In this document: positions 25,442 to 35,335 of the stretch, piece by piece | Position numbering within the stretch: the first letter of the stretch is position 1 | Layout: each line of letters starts with the position of its first letter | Origin: Patescibacteria group bacterium | Lineage (GTDB): Bacteria; Patescibacteriota; Minisyncoccia; Phycocordibacterales; UBA9973 | Assembly: GCA_040390725.1 (NCBI GenBank) | Contig: JAZJXT010000006.1 | Coordinates: 367 to 64,366, forward strand | Reading direction: 5' to 3' | DNA: 64,000 bases | The notes under the pieces: generated by a model | Databases searched by the model: none | What the model was told of the DNA's origin: nothing | What the model saw: the letters and a program-made list of their open reading frames with translations, nothing else | Made by a program: the position numbers and the translations under genes

Positions 25442-26878
25442 ATGCAAGAAAAGAAGAAATTAAATGTTTCGGGATATAGGGGCGTATGGGGGCAGACTTT
25501 AACTGAAGAAATAGCACGTGGGTATGCTCGAGCTTTTGCACTTTTTACCAAGGAAATTACAGGCAAGGAAAAACCGACAATATTAGTGGGGCGCGATGGA
25601 CGCGCGAGCGGTTCGGAAATAAAAGAAATAATAATTCCTGAATTAGAAAAGATAGGGGCGAGTGTAGTGTATGGCGATGTGATGCCCACACCGACAGTTT
25701 TATTTGCCGTCCGCAAGCACGGCTATGACGGCGCGATAATTATCACTGCTTCACACAACCCTATCGAATACAACGGCCTAAAATTTGTAAACAATAAAGC
25801 GCTTTTTACTATTGAAGATGAAGTTTCTAAAATAGAAAGCTACTACGAAAGCGCGCGAAGCAGTGCTTTTGGAAGCATTGCACAGGCTGGCGAGCCGAGC
25901 ATAGCAATCCGCCAGCAGGCGGATATGCGCGCTGACAAAAATACTGCTTCGCGTGCTGAAACACCAAACTTCTCAAAAGAACACGCGGATAAAATTATCA
26001 CGAACATAAATGTCTCGGCTATTCGCGCAAAGAAATTCAAAGTCGCTGTGGATATGATAAATGCTTCCGCTTGCGTAATGGACCCTTATCTATTTGAACA
26101 ATTAGGTGTAGAACTTATTCCATTAAACAATACTCCAAACGGACAATTCGCGCACACTCCGGAACCACTCAAACAAAATTTAACAGGCATTGCTGAACTC
26201 GTAAAAACTTCCGGCGCTGATTTAGGCTTCGCTCACGATCCAGATGCCGACAGATTATTAATAATAAATGAACTAGGTGAAGTTATTTCCGAAGAATATA
26301 CAGTAGCATTCGGCATTGAAAATATTTTATCAAAAAATTCCGGCAAAAATATCGTAATAAATTTATCAACTTCGCAAATGTCTGCCGACATAGGAAAAAA
26401 ATACAGCAGTAAAACTTTCCGTACAAAAATAGGTGAAGGATATGTCGTCGACGGCATCCTCGCGCACGATGCCATCATCGGTGGTGAAGGCAACGGCGGA
26501 TGCATCTACCCTGCTATAAATACTTGCCGTGATAGCTTCACTAGCTTGGCATTAGTTCTAGAAATTCTAGCGGAAAGAAATCAAACTGTCAGCGAATGCG
26601 TCGCAACTTTACCAAAATACTTTATGAAAAAAGATAAATGGTCGCTCGCCGGACTCAATACTCCCCTTTCCGAAATGTATGAAAAATTAAAATCTGAATT
26701 TAACGACACTATAATAGATGAACAAGACGGCCTGCGCCTAGACTTCCCTGACAGCTCCTGGATTCACATCCGCCCCTCCAACACTGAGCCAATAATACGT
26801 ATATTTGGCGAGGCTAAAGCACAGGAACAAATAGACAAATTATTCAAGCAAACAAAGTTGACTTTGGGGCTACAATAG
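25442..26878 (+). CDS. phosphohexomutase (PMM/GlmM family) with a 36-aa palindromic insertion
   Basis: SGYRG, GRDGR, TASHNP, DPDADR, GGEGNGG, IRPSNTEP. Confidence 0.92.
   Translation: MQEKKKLNVSGYRGVWGQTLTEEIARGYARAFALFTKEITGKEKPTILVGRDGRASGSEIKEIIIPELEKIGASVVYGDVMPTPTVLFAVRKHGYDGAIIITASHNPIEYNGLKFVNNKALFTIEDEVSKIESYYESARSSAFGSIAQAGEPSIAIRQQADMRADKNTASRAETPNFSKEHADKIITNINVSAIRAKKFKVAVDMINASACVMDPYLFEQLGVELIPLNNTPNGQFAHTPEPLKQNLTGIAELVKTSGADLGFAHDPDADRLLIINELGEVISEEYTVAFGIENILSKNSGKNIVINLSTSQMSADIGKKYSSKTFRTKIGEGYVVDGILAHDAIIGGEGNGGCIYPAINTCRDSFTSLALVLEILAERNQTVSECVATLPKYFMKKDKWSLAGLNTPLSEMYEKLKSEFNDTIIDEQDGLRLDFPDSSWIHIRPSNTEPIIRIFGEAKAQEQIDKLFKQTKLTLGLQ
25850..25957. repeat. 108-bp in-frame palindromic element inside the mutase gene
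   Basis: Ends AGCGCGCGAAGCAGT / ACTGCTTCGCGTGCT; internal ATCCGCC-AGCA-GGCGGAT. Confidence 0.8.
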
Positions 26879-26924
26879 GATAGTATCTATGGTACCTAAA
26901 GCTTTACGGCTTTTTATATAGAAA

Positions 26925-27431
26925 TTGCGTGAAAGAATAAACAACCAAATACGAGCAAAGGAACTTCGAGTCTTAGACAACGAAAACCAAAACCTCGGTG
27001 TTTTAAGCTTTAAAGAAGCATTAGAAATGGCACAAGCGAGAGGTATGGACTTGATAGAAATAGGTCCAAATAGCAACCCTCCTGTCGCCAAGATAATGGA
27101 TTTCGGCAAATATCAATATGAAGCGAGTAAAAAGTTAAAGAAAGCGAAGGCGGGTGCTAAGTCCACAGAGACAAAATCAATCCAAGTAAAGATAGGCACC
27201 GGTGATCACGACTTGGAGCTCAAAGCAAAAACTGCTTCCAAATGGTTAAAAGAAGGACACAGAATAAAAATAGAACTTTTCCTTGCTGGACGCGCGAAAT
27301 ACATGGATGAAAAGTTTTTGAAAGAACGCTTAGACAGAGTATTACATCTGATTACCGAAGATTACAAAATATCAGACACATATAAAAGAGGACCAAAAGG
27401 ATTATTTATAACAATAGAGAAAGCAAAATAA
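26925..27431 (+). CDS. infC: translation initiation factor IF-3 (TTG start)
   Basis: RINNQIRA.ELRV, PPVAKIMDFGKY. Confidence 0.97.
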   Translation: MRERINNQIRAKELRVLDNENQNLGVLSFKEALEMAQARGMDLIEIGPNSNPPVAKIMDFGKYQYEASKKLKKAKAGAKSTETKSIQVKIGTGDHDLELKAKTASKWLKEGHRIKIELFLAGRAKYMDEKFLKERLDRVLHLITEDYKISDTYKRGPKGLFITIEKAK

Positions 27432-27457
27432 TTTAAAAATAAAAAACAAAAAATTTT

Positions 27458-27652
27458 ATGAAAGGAATGAAAACAAATAAATCGTTTGCAAAGAGATTAA
27501 AGCTTACAAAGAATGGAAAGGTTCTTTCCCGTAAAGCAGGCTTTAACCATTTCAATGCAAAACAATCCCGCAATACTCAGCTAGCCGGCCGAAAAGGAAA
27601 TAATTTCGTTATCAAGAACAAGCCGAAAAGTCACTTACTGCCTTTCAGCTAA
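27458..27652 (+). CDS. rpmI: 50S ribosomal protein L35
   Basis: MKTNKSFAKRLK.T.NGK; between infC and rplT. Confidence 0.95.
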   Translation: MKGMKTNKSFAKRLKLTKNGKVLSRKAGFNHFNAKQSRNTQLAGRKGNNFVIKNKPKSHLLPFS

Positions 27653-27681
27653 TAATTTATAAATAATTTTCAAATAATAAA

Positions 27682-28035
27682 ATGACAAGAGTAAAAAAAG
27701 GAGTACACGCATTAAAAAGAAGGAGAAGTGTCTTAAAGCAGACCAAAGGAATGCGTCATGGACGCAGTACTAAAGAACGCCAAGCAAAAGAGGCATTGCT
27801 TCATGCTGGTTCTTACTCTTTCGCTCACCGAAAAGATAAAAAAGGCCACAACAGAACTCTTTGGAATATAAAAATAAATGCAGGTTCTCGTGAACTCGGT
27901 ATGACTTACTCTACACTCATCAGTGCATTAAAAAAGAAAAACATAGAAGTTGACCGAAAGATCCTAGCCGACCTAGCTGAAAACAACCCTGAAACTTTCT
28001 CTAGAATCCTAGCAAGCTTAAAAAAACAAGGTTAA
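27682..28035 (+). CDS. rplT: 50S ribosomal protein L20
   Basis: MTRVKKG, DRKILADLA. Confidence 0.98.
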   Translation: MTRVKKGVHALKRRRSVLKQTKGMRHGRSTKERQAKEALLHAGSYSFAHRKDKKGHNRTLWNIKINAGSRELGMTYSTLISALKKKNIEVDRKILADLAENNPETFSRILASLKKQG

Positions 28036-28776
28036 ACCTTGTTTTTTTATTACACTTCCTCTTCTCTGTAATTCAACCAATCATTTATAAAATCTTTAAA
28101 CTCTTTGTGAGATTGAAAATACTCTGGAAAATTTTCCAAATTTAAAATAGATTTTTCTATCCTGAAAGACCCGCAGTGATCTATAAAACTAGAAAATTTA
28201 TAATCAGCTAAAAACTTTTTTGTTTCTGCTAAATTTTTAATTCCCTCTTCCTTCCAAGTCTTATCTATCAACTTTACTGGATTTAATCCGATATAAGCAA
28301 ATAAATATTTTAAATAATTATCACCCATAGCGTGTCTACCTTTAAATGTTCCTTGAAATAAACTGCCAGTACGATTGTTCTTTTTATTGAAATACATAGT
28401 ATATGCCGTTGTTAACTTCTGCATAAATAAACTAATTCCATTTTGAACTTTTTCTCTAGCTAGAATATGAAAGTGATTAGGCATTAAACAATAAGAACCA
28501 ATTTCAACCAAAGTATCACTTTTTTCCAATTCCCAAAAATCTGACAAGGTTAAACCTTGTTTTTGGTAATCCCCTATATCTACTTTTTCGATACTATTAC
28601 ATAAATACAAAAGAACCATAAATCTATCGTAGTCATTTATGTCATCAAAAATAATTCTTTTATCTACTCCTCTATTATACAGATGGAAAAATTCACCAAT
28701 TGAAAATTCAATATTTCTAGTCATTGTTATATTTTAACAAAAAATAAAGGCAAAAACAAGGTTTAACCTTGTTTTT
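28021..28776. repeat. three ACAAGG-TT(A/T)AA-CCTTGT REP palindromes (28021-28047, 28544-28560, 28752-28776)
   Basis: Two flank the RAYT gene in opposite loop orientation; one lies inside it. Confidence 0.88.
28050..28724 (-). mobile_element. REP-associated tyrosine transposase (RAYT, Y1 HUH family)
   Basis: FHLYNRG, YCLMPNHFH (HUH), GSLFQG.F, YI.LNP, Y.FSS. Confidence 0.9.
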
Positions 28777-29339
28777 TAAATAAAATTACCTATTTCTTTA
28801 ATAAGATAATCTAAAGTTTTATAAACAATTCCATTCAAACCTAAACTTTTTGCAATCTCAATATTTTTTTCTCCATCATCAATAAAGAGAATTTCCTCTG
28901 GCAAACAACCACATCGCTGGATAGCTGTTTCAAAGATTTCTTTGCTTGGTTTAATAAGTTTCAAATCAGAAGAAATAAGTATAGGGTCAAACATTCCTAA
29001 TTTTTCAGAAATTAACCTCTCTAATAAACTTCGAGGAATATTCGTAAGCAATCCTATTTTATATTTATCTTTTAAATTATTTTCTATAAAATCAAATAAT
29101 TCATAATTAACTTTCGGCGCATTATTTACTGCTTTCCAGATTTCATTCTCAAAAATACCCGACTTTTCAGAAATTAGTTTTACAAGTTCATTTTCAGACA
29201 AATCTCCCGCATCAAGAACATCAAGTTTTTTTATCCATTCTATTTGTTCTGATGCCGGAATAAATTTCTCAATAACTGTTTTATAAACAGGGGTAGACAA
29301 TACACCAAAAAAATCAAAAAGAATTGTTTTAATTTTCAT
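28776..29339 (-). CDS. HAD-family phosphatase
   Basis: LFDFFGVL, LLTN, KPS.EIF, FIDD. Confidence 0.9.
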   Translation of the reverse strand: MKIKTILFDFFGVLSTPVYKTVIEKFIPASEQIEWIKKLDVLDAGDLSENELVKLISEKSGIFENEIWKAVNNAPKVNYELFDFIENNLKDKYKIGLLTNIPRSLLERLISEKLGMFDPILISSDLKLIKPSKEIFETAIQRCGCLPEEILFIDDGEKNIEIAKSLGLNGIVYKTLDYLIKEIGNFI

Positions 29340-29577
29340 ATTTTTTTCTATGTATAATTAAGGAACTAATTGCAATAACTGCCCAAATAGACTGTAATGC
29401 AACAGATGGCCAAGCGTACTGGTAAAAAACATTTGCACCTACACCAATAGCGCCAAACAAATTCATAATTTGGTAAACCTTGCTATCCCCCGCGACTTTT
29501 TTAGAAGAAACAAGAAAATAAGCGCCGACAATCAATACTGTTCCAACCCAACCTGCTATTTGAGTAACGTTTTCCAT
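29329..29577 (-). CDS. small membrane protein (CBU_0592-like)
   Basis: GWVG..LIV.AY.L, YQ.MNL.GA; 3 TM helices. Confidence 0.75.
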   Translation of the reverse strand: MENVTQIAGWVGTVLIVGAYFLVSSKKVAGDSKVYQIMNLFGAIGVGANVFYQYAWPSVALQSIWAVIAISSLIIHRKKYEN

Positions 29578-29580
29578 TTT

Positions 29581-30183
29581 TTATAATTTAAACTCCTCCA
29601 CTTTTGTTTTCATTACTAATTCTATAATTCTAGAAACTAAACGCTTTGGATCAGAGTCAAAAAGAATCTTATCATTCGGACGGTGGCCTTTTTCGATAAT
29701 CATTTTTATTTCTTCGGCAGTTTCCCAGCCTTCATCTTCCAAAATTCCTATAGGCTTATTATCTTCAAATGCTACTGTGAATTCATGAATAGTACCAATA
29801 CGTCCACAACCTAAAAAAACAGCATCAGTGGAACGAGTAAGCAAAATATCTCGCATAGCATAACCGAAACCTGTATAAATAAGAACATCCATGTAGTCTA
29901 CAGGTAATTTAAAAACTTCTACATGCTCTTTTTCAGTTGCTGCCGGTGAAAGACCGATAGAAATACCTCCGGCTTCTTTCGCGCCCATTGCTGACCAAAG
30001 AGGAAACCCTGTAGTAGCACCAGAAACTAAAATACCTCCTTGGCGTACTATTTCCGCACCAAGTTCTTTAGCTTTGTTTAAAGCATTAGGTCCGCAGTGA
30101 CCTGTCTCAGCTGCACCGGAGACACACAGCTTGAGCTGATGATGTCCATGCTTTAAATAAGGATTTGATGATAATACGTCCAT
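29581..30183 (-). CDS. LOG/SLOG-family protein
   Basis: VSGA, GA..AGG.SIGLSP, TGFG...RD, GRIGT.HE. Confidence 0.85.
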   Translation of the reverse strand: MDVLSSNPYLKHGHHQLKLCVSGAAETGHCGPNALNKAKELGAEIVRQGGILVSGATTGFPLWSAMGAKEAGGISIGLSPAATEKEHVEVFKLPVDYMDVLIYTGFGYAMRDILLTRSTDAVFLGCGRIGTIHEFTVAFEDNKPIGILEDEGWETAEEIKMIIEKGHRPNDKILFDSDPKRLVSRIIELVMKTKVEEFKL

Positions 30184-30202
30184 AAATTTATTCTAACATT
30201 TT

Positions 30203-31555
30203 TTAACACTCGAGCACAACAACATCATTTCTGTCAGGAGCATAAGCATCGATACCTAAATCATCTCTCAATTTTTGCACCAAAAATAAAGCGGACTTGG
30301 GCTCACCCATCACGACAAAAACTTTTTTGACGCTATCTTCCATGTCTTCCACAAAATCAATCAATGCGTTGGAATCTTTATGTCCGGAATATCCGGAGAT
30401 AGTCACGATATGCGAACGCACTACTACATCTTCACCAGAAATATGCACAGTCTTTACCCCTTCTTGAATCAAACGCCCTGGAGTACCGACTGACTGATAA
30501 CCAGTCAAAAGAAGAGTGTTGTTTGGGTCGGGCAAATAATGCCTTTCATGGTGCACTACCCTGCCCCCGGAAGACATACCAGAGCCCGCAATAACTATTT
30601 TAGGGTTTGGAATATTGGCTATCAATTTTGATTCTTCAGAACGTAACGTCTCATGCAATCCAGGGAAATCAAAAATATGTTTTCCATCAGAAATAGCTTT
30701 TTGTGCAGTTTCATTAAAATAATTTTTATACTTCTTAAAAACATCCGTCAAATGAATAGCGAGCGGTGAATCCAAATAAATAGGCATAACAGGCACACGA
30801 TCATCTTCTACGAGCGCATCTATTTCAAACAATAGTTCTTGTGAACGTTCGAGTGAAAAGGTAGGGATAATAAGAGTACCTTTTCTTTTATAATTATCTT
30901 CAATAGTTTCTTCTAATTTTTTTCTTCTCTCACTTCTCTCTTCGTGATTCCTGTCACCATAAGCACTTTCCATTATTAGATAATCCGCATCAGTTATCTT
31001 TTCAGTATCAGGCAAAAGCGGTGAAGGACTGTTGCCCAAGTCACCGGTAAAAACAATTTTCTTTTCATTATAAATAAATTGCACCATGGCCGAACCTAAA
31101 ATATGCCCTGCGTTTAAAAATGAAACTTCAAAATTATCGGCAATTTTTATTTTTTCTTTATATTCAAATCCCTGCCAGAGAGATAATGCTAATTTAACAT
31201 TTTCTTCGGTGTAAATTTTATGTAAATTATGTTCGGTGCTTTTTGAAAGTATACCCATAGTGTCCTCGAGCATAGGGCCAGCCAGAGCCTTGGTAGGAGT
31301 TGTGGAATAAATTTTTCCTCGGAAACCTTCTGAGATTAATTTAGGAATTCTTCCCAAGTGATCCACGTGCGCGTGAGTAATAAAAAGTATATCTATGGTT
31401 TTAGCATCATAAGGAAATGGGTCCCAGTTTATATCATCAGCTAATTTCAAGCCTTGAGTCAATCCGCAGTCAACCAATATTTTTTTATCTCCGACTTCCA
31501 GCAAAAAATTCGCCCCGGTCACAGTACCGGCTCCTCCACAAAAAGTTATTTTCAT
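30203..31555 (-). CDS. metallo-beta-lactamase/beta-CASP ribonuclease
   Basis: THAHVDH, AGHILGS, FTGDLG, ESAYG, SGHKD. Confidence 0.92.
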   Translation of the reverse strand: MKITFCGGAGTVTGANFLLEVGDKKILVDCGLTQGLKLADDINWDPFPYDAKTIDILFITHAHVDHLGRIPKLISEGFRGKIYSTTPTKALAGPMLEDTMGILSKSTEHNLHKIYTEENVKLALSLWQGFEYKEKIKIADNFEVSFLNAGHILGSAMVQFIYNEKKIVFTGDLGNSPSPLLPDTEKITDADYLIMESAYGDRNHEERSERRKKLEETIEDNYKRKGTLIIPTFSLERSQELLFEIDALVEDDRVPVMPIYLDSPLAIHLTDVFKKYKNYFNETAQKAISDGKHIFDFPGLHETLRSEESKLIANIPNPKIVIAGSGMSSGGRVVHHERHYLPDPNNTLLLTGYQSVGTPGRLIQEGVKTVHISGEDVVVRSHIVTISGYSGHKDSNALIDFVEDMEDSVKKVFVVMGEPKSALFLVQKLRDDLGIDAYAPDRNDVVVLEC

Positions 31556-31574
31556 TATGCACTGCATGAGTTAA

Positions 31575-31982
31575 TTATACCGCACTTTTTTCCATAACCA
31601 TAATTTTTTTGAAAAAATACAAAAGCGCTAGTGATCCTCCACCTAAATCAAAACAAATATCTGAAGAAGTATCCAATACATTGAACAGATTTTGAATAGT
31701 AAAATGATTAACAAGAATTTCAAAAATTTCCCATCCCAAGCCCACCAACAAAACCCCTAAAAGAACTTTAAAAATATATTTAAAAGACATTTCTTTTGGC
31801 GGAAAAAGCCAAATCAAAGCAAAAGAAAGCCATGCTCCCCCTAAAAAGTGCATTGGCATATCAAAATACCAGATACTGGAGTACCAATAAAACTTATTGG
31901 CGACGAAATTCATCCCAAAAATAATAAAAATTAAAGGCGCTATTATTTTTAACAATTTTTCTTTATTTATTGTGTTGTTCAT
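31575..31982 (-). CDS. membrane protein (VanZ/DUF2238-like)
   Basis: D.PMHFLGG, WE.FE, DT..D...D; start set at ATG 31982. Confidence 0.7.
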   Translation of the reverse strand: MNNTINKEKLLKIIAPLIFIIFGMNFVANKFYWYSSIWYFDMPMHFLGGAWLSFALIWLFPPKEMSFKYIFKVLLGVLLVGLGWEIFEILVNHFTIQNLFNVLDTSSDICFDLGGGSLALLYFFKKIMVMEKSAV

Positions 31983-32267
31983 AATGTTTATTATATCACT
32001 TGGAAGAAAAAACCGCACAAATTAAATTGGTGCGGAGTCTTTCTTAGGACTACCTCCAATGTATTACCATAGCTTATAGCTAAGTGGGTGCTAGACATGA
32101 GAGGCCAAGGCCAAACACGATCGAAGCTCCCATAAAATAGTGTTCTAGGTAATAATTGAAAATAACCCTACCTAAAGTATACGCTCTTAAAATTTTTACG
32201 CAACAAGATTTTCAAAAAGACACGAAATTTTACCAAAAACAAGCAAAAGTATTTTAATAATCTAAAT

Positions 32268-32912
32268 TTAAAGCTCAAAATTTTTCAATTTTTCAACATA
32301 ACCGGAAATTGACGCATCATTTATATCTTCCGGCTTGATTTTTGAATGTGAAAAAATCTCTTTTTCGATTTCAAAAATACAATTTTCTTTTTTATCATAA
32401 TCATCGGCATGAAGTTGCGAATATCTGCCCGCGTATCTTCTTTTACCCTCCGAAAGTCGCTCACTCACAGACACTACACCGAGAGGCGCGACTCGCAAGT
32501 CAGCATAATTACAAATTTTTTTCTCCATATCATTTCCCTCTCTAGTCTGACAACTGTGAACAAAGCCGACGCCATCTATTAAAGATAAAACTCTTTCTGA
32601 CATACCTAGCTCCCTCACTATTTCCAATGTTGCCTTGTGTTCATCTCTGCCATATTTTGCAAAATACTCATCTTGAATTTTCTGCCAATATTCCAATCCT
32701 TCAGGCTCTAAAAATTCCAAGAAATATTTAAGTTCCGACTTTATCATATTCCCCATGTCGTGCAAAAGTGAAGCAGTGATGATAGCTTGCCTGTCCACCG
32801 GCACATTTATGGATTCACAAATCTGTAGAGCTACACCCGCCACCCGTAATTGATGCGAAGCCAAACTTGGCATCAACTTATATTCTTTATAAATGTCAGA
32901 AATATTCCGCAT
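32268..32912 (-). CDS. HD-domain phosphohydrolase
   Basis: H.LRV...LLHDMG...YAD. Confidence 0.85.
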   Translation of the reverse strand: MRNISDIYKEYKLMPSLASHQLRVAGVALQICESINVPVDRQAIITASLLHDMGNMIKSELKYFLEFLEPEGLEYWQKIQDEYFAKYGRDEHKATLEIVRELGMSERVLSLIDGVGFVHSCQTREGNDMEKKICNYADLRVAPLGVVSVSERLSEGKRRYAGRYSQLHADDYDKKENCIFEIEKEIFSHSKIKPEDINDASISGYVEKLKNFEL

Positions 32913-32917
32913 AAATT

Positions 32918-33508
32918 TTATTCAAAATATCCAAGCTCTTCTAAGAAGTTTTCGAGAATTCGAAGTGGTACGCCAACGACAGTATCTATGGAGCCCTCTA
33001 CTTTTTTCGCATAATGCAAAAATGCTCGCGAATGAAAACCTGCTGCTGTATAAGTTATCGAGTTATCTGCCATTTCTTTTATGACACGTTCTGGAATTTC
33101 TCCCCAATCTATGTATGTAGTATCTACGGCCTGTAAAGTTTTATTTAGTCCGATATGATGCGCAACCACGGAGGTGTACATTGTAGTTTTACTATTTACA
33201 TATTCTTTATGCCAACGCATCACTTCTTCTTTTGAAATTGGCTTTTCTCGGAGTTCGCCATTGTGCACGGCAACACCGTCAAAAGTTATAATGATTGAAT
33301 TTGAATCAAAATTATTTTTTTCGAGTATCGCATCCATTTTCGCCAAAGCAATTTTTAAAACCAAATCTTTAAAATCATCCGAGCGTATTTTCTTTTCATC
33401 TATGTCTGCAATCTTAACATCAAAAACAAAACCGGCATCTTCTAAAAGTTTCTTGCGAAACAAAGACGCCGATCCGAGAATTAATTTTGTTTTCTCTTTT
33501 TTATTCAT
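32918..33508 (-). CDS. maf: Maf-family nucleotide pyrophosphatase
   Basis: LILGSAS..RK.LL, DIDEK, EKP, VVGVP. Confidence 0.88.
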   Translation of the reverse strand: MNKKEKTKLILGSASLFRKKLLEDAGFVFDVKIADIDEKKIRSDDFKDLVLKIALAKMDAILEKNNFDSNSIIITFDGVAVHNGELREKPISKEEVMRWHKEYVNSKTTMYTSVVAHHIGLNKTLQAVDTTYIDWGEIPERVIKEMADNSITYTAAGFHSRAFLHYAKKVEGSIDTVVGVPLRILENFLEELGYFE

Positions 33509-33534
33509 TTTTAAAACATAGAAATTAAAAACTT

Positions 33535-34008
33535 TTATTTATGTTCAGCGTAGATAAAATCAACGTCTATTTTCTCATAAGAAAAGATTTCTTCTTTTTT
33601 GAAAAATCTTGCGACTTCCGCCTCGCCTGCTTCTACGCCATCAGAAGCATGCACGATATTTGATTGAGTTGAAAGAGAAAAATCTCCACGGATAGTGCCT
33701 GCATTTGCCTCCCATGCTTTTGTCGGGCCTACTAATAAACGAATAGCGGACACAGCATTAATACCTTCTACGGCTAGGACTATCACAGGGCAGTGTTTCA
33801 TAAAGTCTCGAATACCAGGGAAAAATGGCTTGTCTTTGATATGCGCATAATGTTCCTCGAGCATTGCGTCTTCTAAATTCATCATTTTCATGCCGACGAT
33901 TTTTAACCCCTTTTTCTCAAGACGGCTCACAATCTCCCCCACCAAATTCCTCTGCACTGCATCCGGCTTGATAATAATCAACGATTTTTCACTGTTTGGT
34001 CTTGCCAT
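33535..34008 (-). CDS. ndk: nucleoside-diphosphate kinase
   Basis: IIKPDAV, GTIRGDF, NIVHASD. Confidence 0.97.
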   Translation of the reverse strand: MARPNSEKSLIIIKPDAVQRNLVGEIVSRLEKKGLKIVGMKMMNLEDAMLEEHYAHIKDKPFFPGIRDFMKHCPVIVLAVEGINAVSAIRLLVGPTKAWEANAGTIRGDFSLSTQSNIVHASDGVEAGEAEVARFFKKEEIFSYEKIDVDFIYAEHK

Positions 34009-34112
34009 AAAATATATTATAAATTAAATACTAATAGCCCTATACTATCAGAAAAATACTTTTTTGCAAAATAAAAGCCCGGCAATCAAATAATGATTAC
34101 TGGGCTTTAAAT

Positions 34113-34922
34113 TCACAATGGTATAAACAATGTGTCACTACTATCAACAAGAAAATCTTTATATGAATATAGTGTCACCTCAAAAGCAGAGAGCCGTATT
34201 TTAGCGGGAAAATCAATTGTCCCACCATTTCGAGAACCAGATGTCCATGGAACATTCTTGCTGATCCTAGGCTGATAACTACCTGAAGTATATTCCATAG
34301 AAACAACTACTTTTTCCCCAAATAACTCAGTCACAAAGAAACCATTTTTTCTTATGGAAAAAATAAGAGCTAAGGCTGTATTATAAGGAATGACAGCTTT
34401 TTCAAAATTAAGATTTAGTGTTTCTAGATAATCATCAATACCCGGACAGTCTTCACGTGACTTTACCCCAGTACATATAAAACTAAGATGATCTAAAGAA
34501 CTTAAATGATACCTTTTCAAGCTTTGAATTTCTATCAACAAATGGTTAAAATTTACCTTCTCTTTTATAATTTTTTTAAACAAATTTTCGTCAAAAGCAA
34601 AAGTTTTGTATAACATAAAAACACATTTTTTGGTATGTTTTACATAAGAAAACCTATTGCGAATGCGGCAAAACCCTCTGTCCTCAAAAGAAGCCAGTAT
34701 CCCTCCTAGAGTTTTCTCTTTAACGAAAGAGAGAAGCTTTAACTGAAACGTAAAAGAATTTTTTTCAATTGGTAAACATTTTTTTACCTTCTGAAAAACA
34801 CTCTCAAATTCTGGCAACAAAAACTTTTCAAAGTATTTATTTATGCCATTTCTCTTAATTTCTTCCTCCAGGGCTATTTTAAACTCCGGAGAAAACTCGT
34901 AATTTTCTTTTAACTCTTCCAT
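34113..34922 (-). CDS. orphan hypothetical protein under a leader attenuator
   Basis: 269 aa ORF with a long structured leader. Confidence 0.7.
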   Translation of the reverse strand: MEELKENYEFSPEFKIALEEEIKRNGINKYFEKFLLPEFESVFQKVKKCLPIEKNSFTFQLKLLSFVKEKTLGGILASFEDRGFCRIRNRFSYVKHTKKCVFMLYKTFAFDENLFKKIIKEKVNFNHLLIEIQSLKRYHLSSLDHLSFICTGVKSREDCPGIDDYLETLNLNFEKAVIPYNTALALIFSIRKNGFFVTELFGEKVVVSMEYTSGSYQPRISKNVPWTSGSRNGGTIDFPAKIRLSAFEVTLYSYKDFLVDSSDTLFIPL

Positions 34923-35054
34923 TTTTATCTACTTTTTATTTAACTGTCAAAGAACTTTGGGCAAGGTAGTTCGAAAACCTTTTAGGATTTTTATTGTGAA
35001 GCTTCCGTGCTCCTTTCTAAAATTTTTTATTTAAACTACCTCCATTTTTAATTT

Positions 35055-35233
35055 AAAGAACAAAACGACCTCACTTGAGGCCGCTTTTGAAAATTTGTTT
35101 TAGTTTTGGAGATTATTGCAAACGCTCTGAAGCAGCCTCAAGTTGTATTGGGCTGTAGCGGCGGAGAACCATATTTACTTTTGCAATTATCTTATTCACT
35201 TTTCTAATATATACTTATTAAAATCTTTGTCAA
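35055..35233 (-). promoter_or_regulatory. promoter, leader ORF (35113-35199) and terminator/antiterminator
   Basis: TTGACA..TATATT; GTG-start ORF MNKIIAKVNMVLRRYSPIQLEAASERLQ; ACUUGAGGCUGCUU pairs with the terminator arm AAGCGGCCUCAAGU. Confidence 0.65.
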
Positions 35234-35335
35234 ATCATACTAATGCTCATGCTGTGGATAACTTAGGAATGAGCAAAATAAAAAACCCGGACAATTGCCG
35301 GGTTCCCTGAAGATAGACCCCATCACAACATAGGG

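Noticed and set aside
26925-26927. Canonical ATT autoregulatory start of infC
   Set aside because: The nearby ATT (26924) is out of frame; the in-frame start is TTG, with an in-frame TAG two codons upstream
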